Shown here in pieces: positions 57,504 to 64,000 of a stretch of 64,000 bases of DNA; the stretch's first letter is position 1, and every line of letters begins with the position of its first letter. The position numbers and the translations under genes were made by a program. The DNA is from Candidatus Woesearchaeota archaeon (GTDB lineage Archaea; Nanobdellota; Nanobdellia; Woesearchaeales; UBA12501). The notes beneath the pieces are model-generated. The model saw only the letters and a list, made by a program, of their open reading frames with translations. It ran no database searches and was not told the DNA's origin. The stretch lies in assembly GCA_030651375.1 (NCBI GenBank), contig JAUSFM010000014.1, positions 89,630-153,629 of the forward strand. Direction: 5' to 3'.

Positions 57504-59108
57504 TCATCCAGTGGTACGGTTTCGCCGATACACATACACGTCCTTGTCCATAAATCCAAGTTCTGTTCCGCTGCGGGCGAGCTCTTTCCAAAACTGCCAG
57601 TCCTGGCCGCGCGGCCATAGCCTGCTGAAATAGCCAGCTGCATCAATCGCTTTTTTGGTCATCAGTGTTGTTCCGCCATGGATGATGGGCGCTCCTTCGA
57701 GCTCCATCGGCGAACAAGGATTGACCTGTCCTGTTCTGAATCGTTGAAGATTATATGTATGATAACGCGCTGCGCCTGATTCAGGAAATGGCCTTCCGTG
57801 CTCATCAGTTGTCCTGCTCTGTGCATGGACAATACCGACGGTTGGATGCGCTTGAAGATAATCGATTTGTGATGTGGTCTTATCTGGAAGAATTGCGTCG
57901 CTGCCGCCGGTGACTGAAAAGTAACGAGCACCGCGGGCTTTTCCAATCTTTAGTCCGCGCGCAAATGCGCCGCCTGCGCCACGATTTTCTTCGCTCACAA
58001 CGACGACACTACCATCACTGATCTCGCGTGCATACCTTTTGCGGATGCTGTCTGCGGTTGCTCCGGTGGTGCTTCCATCGTCAATAACAATGGCGCCCAC
58101 GCGGTGGTGCCCCTCTTGGTTTAAAATACTCGTGAGGCACTGGTCAACATGATATGGATTTTCATTATAGAGTGCAACAATGTAGGCAACATCAATTGGT
58201 GGTGCAGCGCACGCCTGCGCTGTTTCTGCTTCGGTGATGCGATGAAATGCACGGCGTTGGAACGGATTATGTGGTGTGCTGTTTTTTCGTGCTGCATCAA
58301 AAAGTTTCAGCACGCCTTCGACACCTTCATTGCACAGGCCGCGGTAATAGGCAATTTCAGGATTTGCCGGATCTTTTTTTGCCGCTTGGTACAGGTACCA
58401 TCGCGCTGCCTTGGTGTGCTGTGCTCCGATGTCGCCGTCACGCAGGCCGAAAACAGCGTGTGCTTTTGCACGCAACAGAGCACGAGAGGGATTAGTTTCG
58501 CCAGCAGGTATTTGGTTCAATCGATCAGTTGCATCACGCTCAATTTTTTCTATCAATTGTGTGATCTCCGGTGTGGGTCTTTTTTGTTGGACGTTGAGCA
58601 AGGTGGCAAGCGCTTCTCGTTCACGTCCCTCCCGCGCCAATGCTTTTCCTAATCCTTGGTAGGCAACAGGATTGTGGGGGTTGACAAATTCAATAACTTC
58701 ACGAAAACAGTGTTCTGCGGCATCATACCTCTGTAGGGTAAAAAGAAGGTCGCCGAGTTCAATCCACGCTGAATCGTTCATATAATCATTTCTTAACACG
58801 AATGTATAACCACCGGGAAAGGGGTTATTGTTCCGAGGGGTTGCGGCGCGCAAGGAAGGAGTGTCAAAAAGCATTGCGGGATTGCTGGTTCCCACGGCCT
58901 TGACAACATGGCCGCGATCGCGGTCGGCACGGGCTGCGCTGTGGAACTTGGCATTCGCGTTATATAGAGTGGCAACAGACTGTTCAAAAGCAGACGTGGG
59001 TTGTAGTCGTAATTGTCCCCGTACAAGTAACTCTTCAAATTGGCGGTGTGCTGTTTCAGGATCGCCGGTTCTGCTGACTGCTCTTGCGCGTATGATTGCA
59101 GGGTTCAT
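57504..59108 (-). CDS. N-terminal TPRs plus GT2 glycosyltransferase
   Basis: AWIELG...AYQGLG TPRs; ALYNE, IDDGS, ENRG, GQDW motifs. Confidence 0.82.
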   Translation of the reverse strand: MNPAIIRARAVSRTGDPETAHRQFEELLVRGQLRLQPTSAFEQSVATLYNANAKFHSAARADRDRGHVVKAVGTSNPAMLFDTPSLRAATPRNNNPFPGGYTFVLRNDYMNDSAWIELGDLLFTLQRYDAAEHCFREVIEFVNPHNPVAYQGLGKALAREGREREALATLLNVQQKRPTPEITQLIEKIERDATDRLNQIPAGETNPSRALLRAKAHAVFGLRDGDIGAQHTKAARWYLYQAAKKDPANPEIAYYRGLCNEGVEGVLKLFDAARKNSTPHNPFQRRAFHRITEAETAQACAAPPIDVAYIVALYNENPYHVDQCLTSILNQEGHHRVGAIVIDDGSTTGATADSIRKRYAREISDGSVVVVSEENRGAGGAFARGLKIGKARGARYFSVTGGSDAILPDKTTSQIDYLQAHPTVGIVHAQSRTTDEHGRPFPESGAARYHTYNLQRFRTGQVNPCSPMELEGAPIIHGGTTLMTKKAIDAAGYFSRLWPRGQDWQFWKELARSGTELGFMDKDVYVYRRNRTTG

Positions 59109-59174
59109 GGGAAGGAATGAAGAAGAAGTACTATATAAACCTTTCTATTTTTTAACCACTACTAAGTGGTTATT

Positions 59175-60605
59175 TTAATCGGCTTTTGGAGGGGCCAAAA
59201 ATACGCTCATTTTGGCTTCTACCTGACCATCGAGCCGTTTTGCCCGGTATTTCAGCCCGGCACCGTACTTACGGTTGCCTTCAGTGCTGCTCTCTGCGCT
59301 GATAACTTCCCCCAACAAATACATTCCCGCTGCGCTGTCAATGCCGCCACGCCCACTTCCCCGAAAGATAGTGAGTTGCTTTTTTGCTTCAGGATAATCT
59401 CCTTCCATGAACGCAGCAAGGCCTCGCATAAAAAAAGGATAATATTCAATGGGCACCGGCGTTGCAAGAGCCTGCAGTTTCTCTTCGATGGTCGCGTCTT
59501 TTTTTCGCGCGTAGTATTTTAATCCGGCAGCCCATTTTGCTGCGCCCGCGTTCAGTGGTTTTCCATCAGGTCCCTGATTCTGCGCATCAACAACCATGCC
59601 GAATAAGTACACACCAACGGCGTCGTCTGCTGATTCACTTTTTAGAAACGGTGCAAGGTGCTGTCGAGCATCTCCATATGCTCCAGAACCATAGGCGCGC
59701 GCGCCTCGAATGAATGCACCGCGATAGGCAGGCGACGGCACTGCCCCTGCACGAAGTAACTCGTACACTAAAAGATGTGCAAGAAGATGGGGTGTTTCAC
59801 CAACATCGGGCCGCACTGCTTCTTTCAATCCTTGGCGCAGAGCGGATGTTTCTTCACCAAGCCGGCGTATCTGATTCGTTGCTGCTTCAACTGCCTGTGT
59901 GTATTCCGCTTGAATACGGGCTTCTGCTGCACGCGCTGTTTTCAACGCTGGCTCTAAACCCTCTGCCCGTGTTCTATATATTTCTGCATCTGCTAGATTT
60001 TTATCAGCTTGTCGGCGTGCAGTAGCGCGCTCTGCGCGCGCAATGTCGCCATCACGAACTGCGGCATTATACAGCGTGCGGTTTTTATCTCGCTCGCGTT
60101 CCGCTACTTCAACGCGTGCTTCGAGTTCGCGAACTTTCGCCGGATCACCGCCCTTACTCGCAAGAAGTTCTTGAATGCGCCGTTCTGAAATGCCTGCACC
60201 AGTTGCAGCAGCCCGAACAAGATCGAGTAATTTTCTTTCTAAATCTCCTTTTTCTGTTTCTGCAACAGCCAACCGATCCTTCAAAATCTGTGCTCCTGCA
60301 AGAATACGCGCAACCTGTTCTTCAGGAATGCCGCCGCCGTTGCCGTAGCTGTTCACCCAGCTCTCGAGCTGGGCTGCATCCGCAGCTTCAATCTCCTGAT
60401 ACGCGCCATTCAAAACCTTGAAAACGCCGTCGGCAGGCAAGCCGTAATCAACAAAATCTTTTCCACCCTGATCCGGGTGGAGCAGCCGCGCGGCATTGCG
60501 ATAATATTTTTTTGCTGCATCAACTAATGTGCCGTTGACTAACAAAACCTCAAGCTGTCCCTTGCTGAAGGGAAATTTGCTGAGTGGATTTTCTTTGGTA
60601 GCCAT
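59175..60605 (-). CDS. J-domain protein with coiled coil and two copies of a helical C-terminal module
   Basis: KKYYRNAARLLHPDQGG...FKVLNGAYQEI J-domain with intact HPD. Confidence 0.8.
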   Translation of the reverse strand: MATKENPLSKFPFSKGQLEVLLVNGTLVDAAKKYYRNAARLLHPDQGGKDFVDYGLPADGVFKVLNGAYQEIEAADAAQLESWVNSYGNGGGIPEEQVARILAGAQILKDRLAVAETEKGDLERKLLDLVRAAATGAGISERRIQELLASKGGDPAKVRELEARVEVAERERDKNRTLYNAAVRDGDIARAERATARRQADKNLADAEIYRTRAEGLEPALKTARAAEARIQAEYTQAVEAATNQIRRLGEETSALRQGLKEAVRPDVGETPHLLAHLLVYELLRAGAVPSPAYRGAFIRGARAYGSGAYGDARQHLAPFLKSESADDAVGVYLFGMVVDAQNQGPDGKPLNAGAAKWAAGLKYYARKKDATIEEKLQALATPVPIEYYPFFMRGLAAFMEGDYPEAKKQLTIFRGSGRGGIDSAAGMYLLGEVISAESSTEGNRKYGAGLKYRAKRLDGQVEAKMSVFLAPPKAD

Positions 60606-60624
60606 GATATGCGTTCACCCTCTT

Positions 60625-61629
60625 TTATCTTTTCGGCGTGATTTTCGGCGCACCGAGATATCCGGCGACGGTGCTGGCTGCTGCGGGATCACGTGTTTTG
60701 AGATCCGCAACAAACGTCGCGTACGACGCAGGGCCGCGGGTTTGTTCGATCATGCCGGCGATGAGTGGAGGAATCATCTCAACCAGTTCGCCTAATGCAA
60801 CATACCGTTCAGTTTCGCTTCCTGGTGTGATGCAGGATTTTTTTGCAATCTGGAAAACAGGGTTGTTTCCTTGTATGCCCTTACAATCAACGACATAAAA
60901 CAAGCTGCTTACCGCTTTGAACGCTGCAAGTGATGTTCGCCAATTGACATTCATCGGGCACCCGTAATCCTCTCCCATAAATACGTCTGCGTAATATCGG
61001 TCCTTGACATCAGTAAATACCCCTCTAGATTTTAGATCTGCCAACTGGCCATGCGCCGCAGTTTCCATAAAAGTAACTGCAACAACTTTTCGCCTTTTTC
61101 CTTCGGGAACGTGCGCAGCACTAACCAGTTTTGCTGCTTCATTCCAGCCACATTCATAATTCTCCACCGTATCAAAATTGCTTGGCGCCGGCCGAATTCC
61201 AGCAAGATATTGTTGGACAGCGGCCCTATCTTTATTAAGCGGGAAAATATCGACACCAAGAACAGGTTCACGAAATGAAGACTGGCCATAATGGTCCGTA
61301 AGTGCCAGAATTGCGAATCGTGTTGTTGCACCGGGTTTCCATAATTCGCCTGAAAAATCGTTAATCGTTTTTTCAACTTGCCCTATAGTTGGGTACATAC
61401 TACCAGTTCTATCCACCACGGCAACAACATCAACAACGCTGCCTTCGGCTTCCAGTTTTGCTGCGCCTTTGACGTCGCCGGCTGCGAGGAGCCGTGCAGA
61501 ATCAGTAATCACTGAATCAACAAATGCTTCTGCAGCTTGTTCTACTGTTTGTCCTTTCGGCAGGGATTTTGCGTCCTTTCCTGCGCCTAATCCTAATAGT
61601 TCATCTAACAAATTTTTAGAGTCTGCCAT
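60625..61629 (-). CDS. von Willebrand factor A domain protein
   Basis: DVVAVVDRTGSM MIDAS motif, RFAILALTDH; GGTGA SD. Confidence 0.8.
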   Translation of the reverse strand: MADSKNLLDELLGLGAGKDAKSLPKGQTVEQAAEAFVDSVITDSARLLAAGDVKGAAKLEAEGSVVDVVAVVDRTGSMYPTIGQVEKTINDFSGELWKPGATTRFAILALTDHYGQSSFREPVLGVDIFPLNKDRAAVQQYLAGIRPAPSNFDTVENYECGWNEAAKLVSAAHVPEGKRRKVVAVTFMETAAHGQLADLKSRGVFTDVKDRYYADVFMGEDYGCPMNVNWRTSLAAFKAVSSLFYVVDCKGIQGNNPVFQIAKKSCITPGSETERYVALGELVEMIPPLIAGMIEQTRGPASYATFVADLKTRDPAAASTVAGYLGAPKITPKR

Positions 61630-61631
61630 AG

Positions 61632-62240
61632 TTATTCACCTTGTGTTGTTATTGGTTTCATTTTCGTTTCGATTTCTGCGTCAAGCGTTCGTGCTTTGCC
61701 AATGAGATGTCTGCTGAATTTTTGCGCCCCGACGTCTTCAGGATATAATCGTCCGACAACCACTCCCAAAAGATAGGTCCCGTGCGGGCAGTCTACTGTT
61801 TTCCTAAACGACTCAAGCATGCTGCGTGCTATAGCGAGGTCGCCGAATCGGAATGCAGCAACGCCGCCTTCATACGTCTCCAGATACGCTGCAGGAATAT
61901 GTTGTTTGGCAAGTTCCCGTGTAACATCTTCTACAGATCGGGCCACAGGCGCATCTTTTTCAAGCTTGAAGATCGTTCCATCGGCAATACTATAATCGTT
62001 CAGATGTAAAAACTCCTTAACTGCAGTATAATCAACGCCGAGGCCATATGTTTTGTTGGCCATAGTCTCCAAAGCATTGTACGTTCTTCTTCTTATTGCT
62101 TCATCTTCCTCCCAAAATTGGTCCATCCGTCTCTCCCTTAATCGGTCTTGAATGGTAGCCTCTGGTTGGCCTGGAACATTTCGCTTTCTGCCCCCGGTTA
62201 TTACTCTAGCAACCAGTCGGGTAAATATATTTTCACTCAT
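61632..62240 (-). CDS. hypothetical protein with the shared helical C-terminal module
   Basis: GAGGTG SD; start overlaps upstream stop; C-terminal ~80 aa homologous to neighbours. Confidence 0.75.
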   Translation of the reverse strand: MSENIFTRLVARVITGGRKRNVPGQPEATIQDRLRERRMDQFWEEDEAIRRRTYNALETMANKTYGLGVDYTAVKEFLHLNDYSIADGTIFKLEKDAPVARSVEDVTRELAKQHIPAAYLETYEGGVAAFRFGDLAIARSMLESFRKTVDCPHGTYLLGVVVGRLYPEDVGAQKFSRHLIGKARTLDAEIETKMKPITTQGE

Positions 62241-64000
62241 GCGCCAACACCTCATGCATATGCGTTTCAATTTCTGTGTCAAGCGTTCGTGCTTTGCCAA
62301 TGAGATGTCTGCTGAATTTTTGCGCTCCAGAATTATCTGGGTATAATCGTTCGACAACTGTGCCGAGCAAATACAGCCCGGGAGCCACATCGGTTCCTCT
62401 GAAGGTTTCGAGTGCAGTCCGAGCTTCGGATAAGTTTCCTTCAGCGAAGGCACGTAACCCAGTTTGATAAGGAGTATGATATTGTTCTGGCACGCCGGAT
62501 AATAATGCAGCAAGAGGTTGCACCACTGTTTTTTCTGCTTCTGCTTCCAACATTCCAACTTCTTCCCTGCGTTGTGCGTAGGCGCCGAGGAATCCGGCAA
62601 CTGCATCCATGACAGCAGCGTACGGGTTCAATCCTGCAAAGCGATATAATGCTGCTTTATCCTGAACTGCTTCGGGTGTGATTTCGCCGGTAAGGCTGGT
62701 AACAACTTGGTTGAGGAAGGTTCCTAATTCTCTTTGTTGAGCACCGCTCGTGGCAGTGAGCTGTTTAATTTGACTTGTTTGTTCACCGAGCTGGCCACGA
62801 AGTGTTTCCGTTTCTCCACGCGCAGCATCACGTTCTGTTTCAGCTGCAGCGAAACGGCTGCGATAGGTTCGTAATGCAGCAGCCATGGGCACGTGAACAT
62901 CGGACAAGAAACCGTTAAACCATTGCGTTGCTTCACGCTCTTGTTGATATGCCTGTACGATGCCAGTAAGATACCTACACATTTCTTGGTCTTCTTCGCT
63001 GTTGCCAGCGAATTTTCTTTTGATAGTTGTGTACACTTCATTTGGATCTGCCATGGAAACAAGACTTGACAGAACACCAGTGACCGCGGTAAGCCTATCA
63101 GCGAGTGTATAGTTTGTTCTGTTGAGTTTACGTATTTCTTCTTGATGAACTGTTTGCGCTGCTTTCAAATCTGCAATTTCTCCCAGTTTTCCAGCAATGC
63201 GCGACGCTGCTGCGCCTGCCTGCCGTCCTGTTTCTGCCTTTGCCTCTCCAAGCAAAGCGTCCAGAGTCTGATACAACGTCGGATCAACGCCCAAGCGCAC
63301 AAACAATGCGCGCATATACGCTGCATCATCCTCTGCAGCACGCCGTGCATATTCGGTTCGGGAGAATCGGTTGGTTAATTCGCCGCCATACATTCCATGC
63401 AACCGCTGGTTGCCTCGCCAAGATAATTTGTGCCTGATGTCAGCAGGTGTTGCCGGCCGTGCGCGGACATAGACGACAGAAACATCATCTTTTCCAACAA
63501 ACTGTTCATTGAATTCAGCAAGCCAATCTTGTTCGAATTCTTTAGTGTTTTTGTCGGAAGGAATTGAAGCAGGATTGTGGTGCTGCGCCCAAGAAACAAC
63601 TTCTTCGTATCCAATCGCGGATAATGGCTTCTTGACATGACGTTCGATGGCCGATGAATTCAGCATATTATTTCCGATGATGAGCTCTCTGATTTTAAGT
63701 TTTCTGAACGTCGTCCATGCGCCGAAGCCGACGCCGGGTGAGTTTTCTGAAAAAGAAGTGCTTGCTGAATCTGCGATAAGGTCAGCAACGTTTTGGGGCG
63801 AGACGGTATAGTCCAGTTCCACACGGCGTTCGCCGCGCTTGTAATCCCATTGAACCGTGCCGAGTGCAGCGGTGAGGTCGGCAGGCGACAAAAATGCAGC
63901 GCCGTCAGACAGGAGCATGATGTCCCCGGCAAGCGGCTGAACCGCACAGGAGACAGTGAAATCTTTTTCAGCCATGCCCAGCGCCCGTGACACGCGGTTG
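62233..64000 (-). CDS. PP2C-like phosphatase domain, coiled coil and shared C-terminal module (5' truncated by window)
   Basis: NRVSRALG, GDIMLLSDG and KDDVSVVYV correspond to PP2C late motifs; frame open to the window edge. Confidence 0.7.
   Translation of the reverse strand, partial: NRVSRALGMAEKDFTVSCAVQPLAGDIMLLSDGAAFLSPADLTAALGTVQWDYKRGERRVELDYTVSPQNVADLIADSASTSFSENSPGVGFGAWTTFRKLKIRELIIGNNMLNSSAIERHVKKPLSAIGYEEVVSWAQHHNPASIPSDKNTKEFEQDWLAEFNEQFVGKDDVSVVYVRARPATPADIRHKLSWRGNQRLHGMYGGELTNRFSRTEYARRAAEDDAAYMRALFVRLGVDPTLYQTLDALLGEAKAETGRQAGAAASRIAGKLGEIADLKAAQTVHQEEIRKLNRTNYTLADRLTAVTGVLSSLVSMADPNEVYTTIKRKFAGNSEEDQEMCRYLTGIVQAYQQEREATQWFNGFLSDVHVPMAAALRTYRSRFAAAETERDAARGETETLRGQLGEQTSQIKQLTATSGAQQRELGTFLNQVVTSLTGEITPEAVQDKAALYRFAGLNPYAAVMDAVAGFLGAYAQRREEVGMLEAEAEKTVVQPLAALLSGVPEQYHTPYQTGLRAFAEGNLSEARTALETFRGTDVAPGLYLLGTVVERLYPDNSGAQKFSRHLIGKARTLDTEIETHMHEVLAHE

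Noticed and set aside
61680-62325. Diversity-generating retroelement TR/VR pair
   Set aside because: Mismatches flanking the 48 bp identity are not adenine-specific, both copies are coding, and no reverse transcriptase is in the window.

Overview
Gene-dense chromosomal segment of an archaeon, most likely a DPANN (Woesearchaeota-like) lineage. This placement is inferred from Rpp21, Dph5, Cdc6/Orc1, LonB, stand-alone Kae1, deoxyhypusine synthase, CCA-less tRNAs, TATA boxes and GGTGA Shine-Dalgarno motifs, together with bacterial-type extras (long RelA/SpoT, class II NrdJ with NrdR boxes, PssA/Psd). Mostly housekeeping genes, four tRNAs (Asn-GTT, Arg-GCG, Pro-GGG, Ile-GAT), a surface-glycosylation cluster and many lineage-specific ORFs. 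Most notable observations: (1) an operon at the right end (PP2C-like phosphatase, unknown protein, vWA protein, J-domain protein) in which three proteins share four copies of one unnamed ~75-85 aa C-terminal helical module, a candidate undescribed signalling/conflict system; (2) a tandem array behind tRNA-Ile made of duplicated tRNA 3' ends alternating with a covarying multi-hairpin element, also found once behind tRNA-Pro; (3) three microproteins absent from the ORF track, each with a strong SD motif; (4) a Hel308 helicase lacking its N-terminal ATPase domain; (5) two homopolymer frameshifts. All product calls come from motif recognition by eye; no database searches were run.
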